The translations under genes and the position numbers were made by a program. The notes below the pieces were generated by a model. It was not told the DNA's origin. It was given only the letters and a program-made list of their open reading frames with translations, and did not search any database. A stretch of 58,296 bases of DNA, the filler included, from Jimgerdemannia flammicorona (Eukaryota): NCBI GenBank assembly GCA_003990765.1. It is 2 parts of 2 records of this genome, joined end to end, with 100 filler letters (N's around TTAATTAATTAA, not from the genome) between each part and the next. Parts side by side here need not be neighbours in the genome. Positions count along the whole stretch, not along the records: positions 1 to 29,101 come from RBNJ01000518.1; positions 29,202 to 58,296 come from RBNJ01000519.1. The stretch is one strand, 5' to 3'. Shown here piece by piece: positions 22,767-35,879 of this stretch; position 1 is the stretch's first letter, and each line of letters begins with the position of its first letter.

Positions 22767-25099
22767 CTTGAGGTTCTTCTTTCCTGGTCCTTCTTCAATG
22801 ATAGTAATATTCGGATTACTGGGTTCACCTGATCTGTTTCTCTTCTCAGGATATTTAAATGAGATATATCCTGCCTTTCTATAGATGAAACACAATCCTT
22901 TTTCATGGAGCTGCTTCTTTTCATCCTCAGTGGGAGGTCTTGGTCCTCTGGGGTTTTGCTGGTTCCTTTGATCATATCTTTGATCATTTCTTTAGTCATT
23001 TCTTTGGTTATTTCTTTTGGTGAGATTCCTTCTATTTTGGTTATCCTTCTTGTATTCCTAATTTCGTGGGGCCTGTGCAGCAAGGATTTCACAGGCTCTT
23101 CTTTATACTTGGGCAAAGCACTATGAGTAGTGGGGACATTCTTGGAAGAGGCCTTGTTCCTTAATCTTCTAGATGAGCCAGTCTGGTAGGGCTGTAAAGA
23201 GATGGTTGGCTCTGGTACCATTGATGGCCAAATTGGTTTCCTGGTAGGTAAGTCTAATGGTTTTGAGGTAGGCATCCATTCTGATGGCAAAGGTTTCTAG
23301 ATCCTCCTCATTATTCTTGTAGAACTTCATCTGGGACAGTTTGTTCCAAGTTTCTTATATATAGGCTATATTTTGGAATTTGGTCAGTAGTAAGGCCTTG
23401 AGTCCTGGGCCTACTTTATAGTCATCTCAACCTAATCTGTTATGGGCTTATACTTGTCCATTGACTTGAGGGCAGTCTTCCCAGATTACTGGATGTTGTT
23501 CTAAGATATGTCAGAATTCAGCTACTGTTCTAATGAAGAATGTGGCTACTGTTTCTACTTGTGCTACTGATGTGGCAAATAACTATTGGAGGGTGTTGTT
23601 CTGGTTATTGGTGAGCATTCTTATAGGTACTTAGTTGTTATTCCATTGGTTTGCTTAGTAGCCTATATTAACTACATTGATGAAGTTTTTGATGTTGTTG
23701 TTTTTTCTACTGAATATTGAGATTTACAAGATCTTGGTTGGTTTGTTCTATTCAGCAATTTGTCCTACTATCTCTGCTAGTACAGCTAGCTGAGTAGTTA
23801 GTGCTGCAATATTGGTATCTACCATTATATTGACTATTGGTGATAGGTCTGTTGGGGTAGATTCTTCTAAAGTTTGTTCTGTCTGATGAGGTTGTGGTGC
23901 TGTATAACTTGGGGTTACTTGATTCTCAGATATCAGATCAAAGAGTCCTGTGAGAGAGAGTAAACCAAATCTCTATATAGGTGGCTAGGTTGGTTCTGGG
24001 GTCTGATCTTCTTGACCTGTAGTTCCTTGGTAAATTCCTAGGCCTGCTGTTCCTTGTTGGCTATTGTCAGACTAGTAACCTATAGAGTCTTCATCTGACT
24101 CCCTTTCCTGATGAGATAGTGCATCCTCATACTAACTAGGTCTTTCAAAGAGGATATCAGTTTCTGGCTAAGTAGATGGGCTTGCTTCTTGTTCAGCAGT
24201 AGGAGATAGGTGACCTACTTGCTTATTCTTATACCTGGTTATAGCAGAGGCATAATATACCACTAGTCTGTAGTAGAGTGAGGTCTTGGTAGGGGTATGA
24301 TGGTATCTGTCAGAGGTAATCCACTCAGCAGCTGCTTTCTTTATAGCAGGGGGTGAGATATAATCTAGAAAATTCTGGGTGGCTATAGTAGTAGATCCTG
24401 GGGTCCTAGTGGTTCTAATATATCTACAGAGAAGTTCATAGAACCTATGGCAGCTGACTATATTCCTAAGTCCTGGGTAGTAAGTCCTAAAGACCTAGTA
24501 TAGATCCTTATAAGCCTGGTCAATTACAAGCTGATGGGTCCTTGGATCTATAGTTTTCTGGTACCACTTGGTCCTAATAGCAAGGCTTCTCTGGCTCTGG
24601 TTTGGGAATCTACAATTGGTTCTGGGGGTTACTCCTGTCCAAGGTTGGTCTTGTTCCAACTTCAAGAGTATGTTCTTTGTGCCTTCTTGGCTTAGTAATC
24701 TGCTGCTACCAAGTTGTAATAACTCTCACTTCTATCCCTCTCTTATCCTTTAGATAATTAGAAAAGTAAGACTATTACTTAGGAACTTAGTATATGTAAC
24801 TGTATTTTCAGTCTATATATTTGGCTATTTAGTCCAACTATATATTTATAATCAGTATACTTATTTACTAAATACAAATGAAAAAAAATATATATTCAAT
24901 TTATCTGCTAAGTTACTGAATTATATTTCTCAAACAAGAGTTATATATATACTATATGAATAATTACATTCATGAATGTAATTTTGAACTACTCAGTCTA
25001 TATAGCAATAGCCATTTCTGTCTCACAATTATGAGAGACTATATTTTTAGTACTAGAATTCTCAATATCTATTATATTGTATCACACTAAGTATATAAG

Positions 25100-27700
25100 T
25101 CAATAGACTTAGTAATCTTGCTCAATTTTGAAGAGAAGGTAAACTTAAGCAAAAAGATATTTGTCTATATCTTGTCTTATCTCAAACTACTTATCTATAT
25201 TATATGACACTACCTAGTCATATAATGGTCTTTTGTAGAACTATCACTTATAGTGAATAAGTTAGTAAAATATAGCTGAATTTAATTTATTACTATAAAT
25301 GAGTCATGAACTCTAATTGATAAAGTGGTAAAGATATTAATCTATAGAGATTAAGAAGAGATATTAGAAATATTACAAAAAAAGTTCACAGACTAGCTTA
25401 GTATAAATAACTTACTGTTGGATTTAAAATTTTGAGAAGATTCTTCCTATTTACTCAATAATAATATCTATTTCTAAATACAAACTGAAAGTTATGAAAA
25501 AACAACTGAATGATAAGTTTGAGATCATATAGCCTAAACAATTTTGAAACTTCATCAATATAGAGTATACCTTCAGGGATACTAGCACTTAGGTGCTAGT
25601 ATTTCTTAGTTATTAATAAGCTTAAGATGTCTATGAACTTACTAGTTGTAATATGGTCAAGCTTATTCTTAAGTACTGTTTAGTACTCTATAAACTTGAC
25701 AACTTGGAGAAGAGAATCATATTTGTTTGTTCATCAATATAGTGTCTTAACTTCCATATGATATTGATGTTCAGTTATCTCTGTATTAGTATTATCTAAT
25801 ATATCAAATATTCAAGTTGACTCAGAAATATACTACAGAGAGTAGAGTTTTTCAAAGTTTAGCAAACTTAGTGAGATCTCTGCAAACTGTTCTTTTAGTT
25901 TATTAAATTGGCATAATAGTATATCTTGATCTGCAAGTGTTTTTTCAGTCTAGATAAGTGATGAGATATAGAAGTACTACTCAATAAATATTATAAGATA
26001 TTTGACAATACTAAGTAATTTGAAAATCCCTCTCATATATAAGAGAAATATCTTTTAAAAGAATTTTTTTTTTTTTATTAAAGAGTTTACAAACAGTTTA
26101 TAAACTCATAGTAATATATATAATACTTATATATATTAGTTATTGATATTTGGCTATAATTATTTGACTAAGATTTGAAATTCTAGTAGAGAATTTTTTG
26201 AGCTCAGAATATTAAGAAACAAGCTGAATGTAGAGATCTAGCTCTAGTATAAGCAGATTTACCAGATATACATCTAACAAACTCTTAATAAGATTAAGAG
26301 TTAGATTGATTAGATATTTCTAGATACCTTTTTTTACTTAATGAAGTATATTAGATATAATTATTAAATAAATATTTATAAGAGATAGTTCTCATAGTAT
26401 ATTCTGAAGTTTGATTGATAGATAATAGAATTGTTAGTAAAAAATATTTATTTGAAAATAAGCAAAATTAATATATATAATTAGTTCCCACAATCTATAC
26501 TCTTGAAGACTCTTCTCAACTATTTTATATTTGCCTTTTGAATTGTAAATCTGTGTATTTACAACTGCTCTCTATATCTCAGAAACTATTTACAAAAGAT
26601 ATATCTTATTAAGATATAAAAATTATAAGTAAGGAGTTATATATTTTGGGTAGGCTTAATTTATACAGATCAGGTAGATTAAATATATCTCTAGATAACC
26701 AACTATAAAGAACATAACTACTAGATAGCAATTATGAAGTTTGCTATCTGATCTGTATATAATAATATCACTATAAAATATATTCATGATCAGCTTTCAA
26801 ATAATAAAAATTTTATCTAAATAATTTTATAATTACAAATATTATCTTTTTCCTACTACAGATAGTCTGTGAAGTATCTATGATATATATCTATAATATA
26901 GAACTGTTTTTACTTTATAGAAGGAGTCTTTTTCAGTCTTCTTGGGAGTTTCTTCAATAATTAGAAAATATGCAATTACTGAGAATGTATTTTGTAAGTA
27001 TATTTACTAAATATATTTAGAGAGATTGTTAATAGAAATATATAGCAGATACATTTTAGTGCATCCAAGTAGATCACAATATATGTATTTGGTCAATCTC
27101 AAGTAATATCAGAATTACTATTATACTAAGTGGGAGTTTCTCCTGTAGTTTGAAAAAAGAATTATAGTTTACAAATAGTGAGTATACTGACTGGTCATAT
27201 GCAAACTTAAAATGAATTATTATTTTACCTATATTTGCTATTAAAAATTACTCTGATATATCTTATAGTACTTTTATATACTATCTGCCATATAGTATTT
27301 CTCTACTTTAAATTTTATATTGTTCTTGAACAAAGTATTTGACATTAGCTTATATAGAATAGTAAGTAGATCTTGATAGAATACACTAGTCCAAGTTTCA
27401 GATATATAAGTAATGTTAAAAACTTTATAATTAAAGAGCTAATTTAAAAAAGAGAATTACTAAATATTCATCAATTTAATAGAAATATTAACTGTTTAAT
27501 TACATACTACTCTGTTTTTGGCTACTATATCTAAAAGTTTTATCATCTCTCTTGAGTTCATAAACTAGAGGGGCCTATTAACTATTGAAATTCTTCTATC
27601 TATAAATATATTAAAAAGTTTATCTATAACTTTTTGGGATATATTTCTACTTCAAAATAATAGATTCAGAAGTCAAATTTCTCTATCATTCTTTCAAAGA
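25100..27700 (-). mobile_element. Heavily decayed Plavaka-like transposase
   Basis: TKMYLLYISINNLSKYI..FSVIAYF..KTVLYYRYI (~26880-27080) and LNFEKLYSL*YISEST*IFDILDNTNTEITEHQY..KTLY**TNK (~25720-25870) fit Plavaka motifs after reverting C>T/G>A changes; ends not located. Confidence 0.55.
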
Positions 27701-28949
27701 TATAAAAGATTGTTTGCATTAGTTATAGGTACTTATCTGAGTTTAAAAATAAATTCATTATACTATATAAGTACTTCTTTACTATTGATAATCTGATCAT
27801 CAGTTAGTTTATAGATAATATGATTCTTGCCAAACTCTAATATAGTAGATAGACTTCTCTGATCTTGAATTAAATTGTCATTCTTTCTGAACAATTATTA
27901 TCTTTTCTCTTGAATTGAATTGTCATTTTCACTGAATGATGAGCTTTCTTATTCTTAAATTGAAAATAGGTTATCATTACTGATATTATCTTGAATTATA
28001 TATATATACTTGTATAATTATCTGAAAACTTCTAAGTTCATTTATATAGATTACTCAAACTTAAAATATATATGAAATTTAAAGTTAACTTATGAACTAT
28101 AAATGAATTTATAGTCAATGATAGTATAATATTAAAGTTACTAAAATCTTAAAAAACTGGAAATTTAAGAATAAACTTATCATTCTGATATTATATAGAT
28201 ATATTGTGTATCTTGTGAATATATCAAGTCAATCCTAAGGCAGATTTGTACTTTTGATTACAATATGAGCAAGAAAGCTTCATATTGATATTAGGTTTAA
28301 AGTAGAGAAGAATTTGAAGAACAATATGAATTTTAAAAGTAAGTTTGTAATCATGAAATATACTAACCTAAAATGGAATTCTTTATCTGATTGGCTTTGC
28401 ACTTTTGCCCTTAATATGCTTGTTTAGCATGCTTGCTTAATGTATACTTATTTAATATACTTACTTGGTATACTTACTTACTTAATATATATTTATTTAA
28501 CATACTTATACTTTATTATATTAACTAAACTCATATTATTATCATATTAACTAAATATAAATAAGCCAGCTTTATATTTACTTATTAGACTTTCTGACAA
28601 CATCTGTATATATATGTCTATTATGAATATTACAGGTATAAAAAGATATCTTTATCTGAAAGAATTGTGTCTTTTCTTACCCCTCTTACTATAATCTCTT
28701 CATGCCTAAAGATAACAAATTGCATCCTAAGATAAATAAAATATACCTCAGTATAAACAATAAGTGCTAAGTTATAAATAATATATACTAAGCTATAAAT
28801 AAATTACATTAGTTATAGCAGACCATGGACAGACTACAGACTATAAAGGTGCACAAAACTAAGAAGCAAACTATAGATAGGCTGTACCAGACCACAAAGG
28901 TATATGAAATCAAGTAGATCACATTATACCTAGACAAGGTTAAAACTAG

Positions 28950-29101
28950 TGTAACAGACCAAAACATACCACCTGAATTATAACTTAGCCAGATGACATG
29001 AACAATTAGCATACTTACTCAGCATGATGTGACTTCCAGTGTATCATAGTTACTCATGCCTGCCACACTTATAATTAGCCAAGACACCAGATCAGGATTG
29101 T
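28950..29101 (+). repeat. Start of a family A-related LTR, cut by the assembly gap
   Basis: TGTAACAGACCAAAACATACCACC matches the LTR starts at 39333 and 48179. Confidence 0.75.
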
Positions 29102-29201
29102 NNNNNNNNNNNNNNNNNNNNNNNNNNNNNNNNNNNNNNNNNNNNTTAATTAATTAANNNNNNNNNNNNNNNNNNNNNNNNNNNNNNNNNNNNNNNNNNN
29201 N
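29102..29201. other. Artificial scaffold gap/linker
   Basis: 44 N, then TTAATTAATTAA (stops in all six frames), then 44 N; 100 nt in total. Confidence 0.97.
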
Positions 29202-29215
29202 AAAAAAAAAAAAAG

Positions 29216-29808
29216 TAGAATGCCAGACTGAGGGCAGTCATCAGGGATAGGATGGATACTACTTCAGTAGGGCCTTTTAATTAGTATAGAGTGGTTAGGT
29301 GATAGATGTCACTCTTGGCTGCTTTTGATAATTTGTATGGTTAGACCCCAGTCATTGAGAGTGACTGAGAGGCCTGAGGCTATCCAGGTCAGATATCTTA
29401 GCTATACTAAACTAGAACTGAGAGCTGATATGGCAATATAATTAAGGCCCACAGGCTTGAGTAGTGAGATATTGAGAGTCTCCTCTTGCCTCATATACAA
29501 GTTCTCTACTCATCTCATTTGGAAGAACTAGGTCCTATCTACTATTCTATACCTTAAGGAGAGTTTTTTCTTTATCTGTCATTTCTATTTAGAGTGACAG
29601 GGGCTATTCTATTTATCTCAAGTATAGCCTTATATATATGTTGGGGTTTTGAGTATATACTTTTAGTTGTTGGCATATAGTTGATTTTTCTCTGGTAGTA
29701 GAGAGAGTATGATATACAGAATGAGATGCAGGCCATATTAGGCCCTACTGTATCTGATATGGTTGAGCTGCTGGACAATAGCTAGCCTAGGTTTAATTGG
29801 AGAGGTAG

Positions 29809-29811
<3 letters not shown>
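29216..29811 (-). mobile_element. Probable tyrosine-recombinase (DIRS/Crypton-like) relic, continuing at ~35742-35820 beyond the L1 insertion
   Basis: Fragments LSSSSTISD..ACISF, FFQMR*V(G)ELV and LTIQIIK(A)AKSD..IHP resemble YR box I and the SKTD/CPV region; several frameshifts are needed. Confidence 0.4.
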
Positions 29812-29863
<52 letters not shown>

Positions 29864-29922
29864 GTCTCTTGGACTCCGTCTTTATTACCAGTCTATGAAT
29901 AAGTATACAATAACACCCCCCT

Positions 29923-32900
29923 CTATCCTATCCCCCTCGGGGGACCCCTCCCCACCTCCACACGTATAAAGACCACCCTCTCACCAACCACTCCAACTCT
30001 CCCACCACTCTGACTACAGATTTTCACCACCAAGCGGTGCCTCTGACCCCCCTGCGGCCCCCAACCAAGCCACCAGCCTGTCAAGGTATCCTCCATGAGG
30101 CACTGCCACCGTGATAACTGGCTCCCCAAGCTCTGCCACCTCTCTTCCTCAAATACAAATAGCCAGTGACTGGTCAGCCCAACCCAAATAGCCAATACCC
30201 AGCCTAGAGTAATCCACTCCTCCCCTACCCCTCCTATCAGTCAATCCCTCAGATCCTCCCACCTCCCCTGTACATCATCACCCCTACGCCTTACCCCCAA
30301 GTGGTCCCCAATGGCCCGCCAAAAGTCACCCAACACCTCACACTCCCCAAGCCAAGTTCTGGCGTCTGTACAAATCCCCCTTCCTGCCCTACATTATGGC
30401 ACTCCTCGCAGTCAAAGCAGCCCCCTACAACGAGGTATCTTGAGCAGAAGTTAAGTATCACATTCCTCCTCAGCATACGCCACCAGACCACCCAGTACTT
30501 CGGTGGCATCCAATTTTTCACCGCGACACTCCAGGTCCAAACCCCCTGCCAGTCCCACTCCTCGCCAATTCGGACTCCTTGCCAACCACTAGGCCACAGA
30601 TCCTGGCCTGGTCCCCTTTGGCATTCGATTCCGTCACCAATGTTGAACTCCAGCAAAGGCATGCCTCCCAGAAGAATGCCATCTCATCTCCACATCGCCA
30701 GGCCCCAAGCCCTCTCCCCCTCATCCCCATGCCAGCAGATACCAATGCAGTGTGCTCCCTCGGCTATCCCCCACCAGAAACCTTTATAACACAGTTGCCC
30801 GGTGTTCTGAAGCCCAACTAATGAAAGAAGATCACCCATCAAGCCTCTTGGTGATGTCCGCCTCTCCCATACTTTCTGCAGCAAGGGAACCCAGCCCCCT
30901 CCACGCAACTCCACTGCCCTCCTGAGCCACTATGCCCTCAAGCAGTGTAGTCTTTTGGGGAAGTCCACCAGCCCCAGACCACCTCTTGCCACCGGTAGGG
31001 ACAGCATTTCCCATCCAATCTGACTCTGTCTGCCAGCCCAAATCCATCCCTTGGCCACCTTCATCAATCGCCTCACCACCCAGGCTGGGAAGTCCAGATG
31101 ATAAGCCAAATATCACAGTTTCGGCAGCCAGTATACATTCAAAATCGAGATCCTTCCTGCCAGAGAGAAGTGTCTTCCCCCCCAACCCCGCAGGTCCTCC
31201 TCCCAAATTCCAATCCTCTGCTCCCACCACAGCCTGGGCAGAACAGATCCATAGACTGACAAATATATGCCCAAGTACCACACTGCCTCTCCAGTGGGGA
31301 CAATTGTTCCAATAACCTCTCTGCCCACCAGTCTGTTGCCCAGCACCATCATTTCGCACTTGTGCCAATTCAGCTTAGCCCCAGAGTTCTCCTCATACCA
31401 CTCCACTGTCTTCTTGAGCTCCTCGACATCTGCAGGTACTCCCAAACCAACCACCATATCATCTGCAAAGGCTCCAACTTTCCATCCGATTTCATAGATA
31501 GAAAGCCCAACAATCGTCTGCCGAATTCGGTCCATTAGAGGCTCCAAGGAAAGTGCATACAAAATGGGGGACAGTGGGTCCCCCTGGAGCACTCCCCTAC
31601 TCAGAGGGAAAGCTACCCCTCTATGTCCATTACACATGAGCGCAGCCCTACTCCTTTCCAGTAGGCTGACCATCGCCACCTGAAATGGGGCCGGAACCCC
31701 AATCCTATCCAACACTTTCGCCAGCCAGACTCGCCGCACCCGGTCATAGGCCTTCTCCTGGTCCAAGAAGACAAGACACTCATCCAGCCCACAGGCTCGA
31801 GCACCTTCAATAACTCCATGTACCCAGGCCATACCATCTCGAATAAGCCAACCCCCTATGAAGCCCCTCTGCTCAATACCCACAACTTGCTGGGCCACCT
31901 TCTGCAGCCTTGCGACCACCACCTTAGTCACCAACTTCCTGTCCATATCTAGCAACATTATTGGCCACCAATTCTTCCAATCCTCTCGCCTTCCCTTGTT
32001 CTTATAAAGCAGCATCACTAGCCCAAGATCCTGCTCCCCCACCCAACTCCCTGACTGCAGTATGGAGTCACACAGTGCTGTCAACTCTCCCAGAATGCCC
32101 GGGACTCCAACCATTCGCTTCCAGAAGTCCCAGGGGAGGCCATCCTCCCCTGACGCCGTACCCGAGGCTGTCATGGCAAGAACCTGGTAGATCTCGTCCT
32201 CCTTTACAGGCATCACCAGGTCACCTAATCCCTCAGCTCATGGAGGGTGCCAATCTTCTAATGTTTGGTCAATGGCTGTAGCATCTGCCCCACTCTCCTT
32301 CTCACTCCACAAACCACTCCACCGCACCTTCAGCGTTCCAAGGATATCCTGTACACCATGCACTAGTCTACCATCCGAATCCAGTACCCCTTCCCACTGC
32401 TGCTGTACCCTCCTCGCTCGAAGCATCCTTGTAAGAAACTTGGAGGGCCTCTCCCCTTCCTCCAGCCCCTGCCAACGAAGCCGTGCCACCAGGCCTTGCA
32501 CTCTTGACTCCTCCTCTTCCCTCAGCACCTGTTGTAGTTCTCCAATCTCCATCTTCACCCTTGTTATTCTCCAATCCTCTTCTCCCTCCACTATTGCCAG
32601 ACTTGCCCACTCCTCCAGAAGCCTAGCCAATCTAGTTGAAGCCCAATGCACTCTCTGCCTTCGCTGCCTCCCCATCACTCTGCCAGCCTCGCTCCAATAC
32701 ATCCTGGCCATCTCTTTCATCCTCCTCCACTGAATTCCAATTGTAGCCCCTTCCTGCTGCCACTCCACCACCTTCATCTGAATGTCATTTGCCCACTCCT
32801 CCTACCGGGACCCATCATCCAACAAGGAGGAATTCAGGCGCCAATGTCCAGGCCCATCCCCACTACCCCCAAAACACCCCTGTCCCAAAAGGCCCCAGTG

Positions 32901-33578
32901 ATCTGACCACAGACACCATTCTACCTCCAGCCCCTTCCAAACATCGTGGCCCCAACAGTCTGCTGTCAGAATCCAGTCAATCCTTGTCCCCAGACCTCCA
33001 GCCCAATGCGTATATACCCTCCGATCCCCCCAGTACTTCCTACCAGCATCCAACATCGCTCCTAGCCTTTCGACCTCCTCCCACATTGCCAGCCCCCCAC
33101 TCCTACTCTCAGCACCCCGTCCTCCATTAGTTCTATCCACCTGTACATCCCAAATCATATTGAAATCCCCTCCAAGTATATCCAACTCAGCCTCATCAAG
33201 AGTCCCACTCTCCAGGAGACCTTTCACCCAATCCACGTGCTCCCCCCGCACAGCAGGGCAGTAACAGGAGCCAACTGTAACTGACTCCCATCCTGCACAA
33301 ATCCACTCACCCCAGACCAGTCTCTCCCCCCAGCTCCTCACATCCTATATCTCCCCTCTGCCTTTCCGAACCAGAATCCCAACCTTGCTGTTCCAAATCG
33401 CCATGCCACCCCATTCCTTAGTCCATTCCATCCTATCAGAATCATCCTCGCACCTGACATCCTGCAAGAGGAAGAGATTGGCCTCCAATCCCTTCAACCA
33501 AATAAAAATGTTCCTGCATTGAACTGCGCCCCTAAGCCCATTCACGTTCAAAGAAAAAATGTTAGTTATACTGTTCAT
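29923..33578 (-). pseudogene. L1-like ORF2: APE endonuclease, reverse transcriptase and C-terminal Cys domain, disrupted
   Basis: SLNVNGL, GGDFN, RIDWIL, SDH; DQEKAYDRV, GVLQGDPLSP, FADD, YLG; CEEC; several stops and frameshifts. Confidence 0.92.
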
Positions 33579-33608
33579 AATGAAATATGGTTTGTTTGCA
33601 ATCAATCC

Positions 33609-35639
33609 CTACTGCTCTATGCCCATTGCCTCCTGTGCCATGTCCAAATTACGTTCAGCCATCACCTCCTCCTCTTCAGCCCTCTGAGCCTCCAGTCCAG
33701 CCAACAGCTCATTCATCTCCTCATCAGCTTTCTCCTCAAACTCCTCTCTGTACTCGATGCAAGCCTCCTGCCAAAGCTGCAACCCATGATGCCTGTTCCA
33801 ACAAAATTCAGCCTTCTCCCCAGCGACAACCACCAACTCTGCCTCCCTCTCCTTATCCACCTCATACCCTTCCTCCTCCAGATACACCACAAGAATTTCC
33901 GCCTTCAGTGCCATCGCCACTCCTTCTCCCTGCAAAATTCTCGCCCAGTGCTCGTCACCCATTCCTCACAAGTCCACCTCCCCCAGCTCCTCTGCTGCCA
34001 GGTTGTTCATCATCCGGCACATCCAAAGTAAGTTCCCCACCTCCTTCCCACCAGGGGTCACCAGCCGCCCTCTGTCCAGCATTGTGGTGTCAGCTCCAGC
34101 ACTCGCGTCCTCATCCCACACCTCCAGGACATCCACCAGTTCCTCCTTCCCAGCCGCCACTACCTGGTCCCCATCCATTACTTCCGGAATGCTGAATTTC
34201 ACCTGCTGGGTCTCCAGCATCATCATGTCCTCCCCAGATTTGTTCCTGGAAGCTGGGCCACACCTGATAAGAGGGGAAGGGGTGGGGGAGTTCTCCAAGA
34301 CTTCCTCCCAAACCTCCAAGATGCCATCGACATATGGGTCGCTAATCATCCCCTCTTTTGCCTTCCCTGTCTTTGCCCCATCCTCCCCACTCCACTCACC
34401 AGCCCAGACACTCGCTCCGGCCCCTTCTGCACCCATCTTCATGCTTGCATCCTTCTGTGGTCCACCCCCCAGTTTAGCCAGCAGATCCTTCTGCCTCTTC
34501 TGCCCCTGAGCCCTTTCCCACTGCACCTTGTCCACTCGAATCCTCTTTCCATCCACCACCTCTAGGTGCGTCGACTCCTCAAACGTCTTCCAGGCCTTGG
34601 CACACCATTCCACAGCCCCATCCAGCTCCTCCAGTGCTTCCAATAAATCCTCCTCCTCTTCCTCACTTCCTTTCACCTGCGTCACCTTGCACAGGAATGC
34701 ACCCCAAACCATCGTCGAAGGCCAGTCCCTCGTCTTCCCAGTACCCTCCTTTCTGGCCAGCCGAATCCTCACATCCACGTCCCCCGTCCTGAGCGTGGTC
34801 CCTTCCCAGACCCTGAATCCGATATCCACCACCTCGCCGTACTCCGCCATAACATCCTCCACTCTCTTCCTCATCTCCATTGCCGTCACTGTGGGGACTC
34901 CTTTCACCAGCAGTTGGACTACCCTTGGATCCCATTTCAAACATCTTGCCATCGGAACACACACCTCTCCAACCACCAACCCAACCCTCAGCACCTCCTC
35001 CAGCGGTTCAACCTCCTCAAAACCCACCTCTACCCCCTCCAGTCCCTTCAGGAACTTCACCGAAGCCGCTCCAGCCACCTGCTTAGCGATAAGCCCCAAC
35101 ACCATTTTCGCTGTCACCGCTAAGCCCCAGAAATACAGCGTGACTGCGAATGCCGAGATCGACTTCTTGAGCAACGGAGCCACTGCCAGTCCCATTACAC
35201 CATCCGCCAGGTCCCTGGGCCTCATGCCCTTCCCACCACTCGGCTCACCATCAGCAGTCCCATCTAGATTTTTTTCCAGATCACTCGTCACACCCCCATC
35301 AGCAGTCCCCGCCCCAGCCGCTACCCCCCCAGCTCCACCCCTATGGCTCTCCAGAGAGGTACCCCCAAGAGGTTGTTGCCTGGTAGCCTTCACTGGTACC
35401 TTCTCCCCTCGCAGCCAGCTCTCCAGTCCAGCCCCTTGCCAACCCCCCTTCACCTTCTCCGCAAAGCTCACCCTGCCTGACCCTTGACCTCCAGCTCTGC
35501 CCCCTCCTCCACTACGGCCTCCTGCCAGCAGGCCCCTCATACTTTCCCCCAAGCCGGGGCCTCTCCCCACTTGCTGCCATTCAAACGCTCCAGGGCCACC
35601 CTGCTCAGTACGCACCTCTGGATGCTCGTTGGTCGCCAT
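33609..35639 (-). pseudogene. L1-like ORF1 (~676 aa, one internal stop at 33966)
   Basis: ORFs 33966-35639 and 33609-33962 are in one frame, which is continuous in the copy at 56449-58251; RRM-like segment LLVKGVP..AEYGEVVDI..RTGD. Confidence 0.85.
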
Positions 35640-35879
35640 AATACTAGTAGTTTTTCTCCAGAAACTGTCTCGAAAGTGTTACCAAAGATTGTGTAACCTG
35701 AATGTTACCAGAGAAAGGTGTATGTTGGAGAGGTAGTACTTGATGAGTAGTGAAAGAGGGTTTTGGTCTATATAGTCTAGGTTCCCTTTCAATAAAAATC
35801 TGTAGAACTCTGAGTCTGTAAAATAAAAAAAAAAATAAAAAAAAAAAAGAGAAACTGACAGAGTATAAAAAGAGTTAAG

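Larger units (their letters stand above)
20723..24794 (-). mobile_element. Family C gypsy element, internally deleted: partial 5' LTR, PBS, gag, dUTPase, partial protease, partial 3' LTR
   Basis: ~80-bp direct repeat at 20723 and 24715; PBS TGGTAGCAG (initiator-Met-like) at ~24694-24711; gag knuckle relic LCFIYRKAGYIS at ~22863-22897; deletion junction at ~21855. Confidence 0.8.
29812..35724 (-). mobile_element. Full-length L1/Tx1-like non-LTR retrotransposon (~5.9 kb)
   Basis: 49-nt poly-A (29812-29860); AATAAA at 29881-86 (minus); TSD TTGGAGAGGTAGTAC at 29797-29811 and 35725-35739; ~85-nt 5' UTR; ORF1 and ORF2. Confidence 0.95.

Noticed and set aside
29102..29201. TTAATTAATTAA palindrome within Ns
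   Set aside because: Assembly linker with six-frame stops; not biological, and adjacency across it is unproven.
34528..35487. Long + strand ORFs (also 57347-58189 and others over the L1s)
   Set aside because: Antisense shadows of G-rich L1 ORFs; Ser/Pro/Thr-rich with no motifs.
35822..35848. A-rich tract as an L1 tail (also 1-10 and 29202-29214)
   Set aside because: No adjacent L1 3' UTR or TSD; two of the three sit at window or contig edges.
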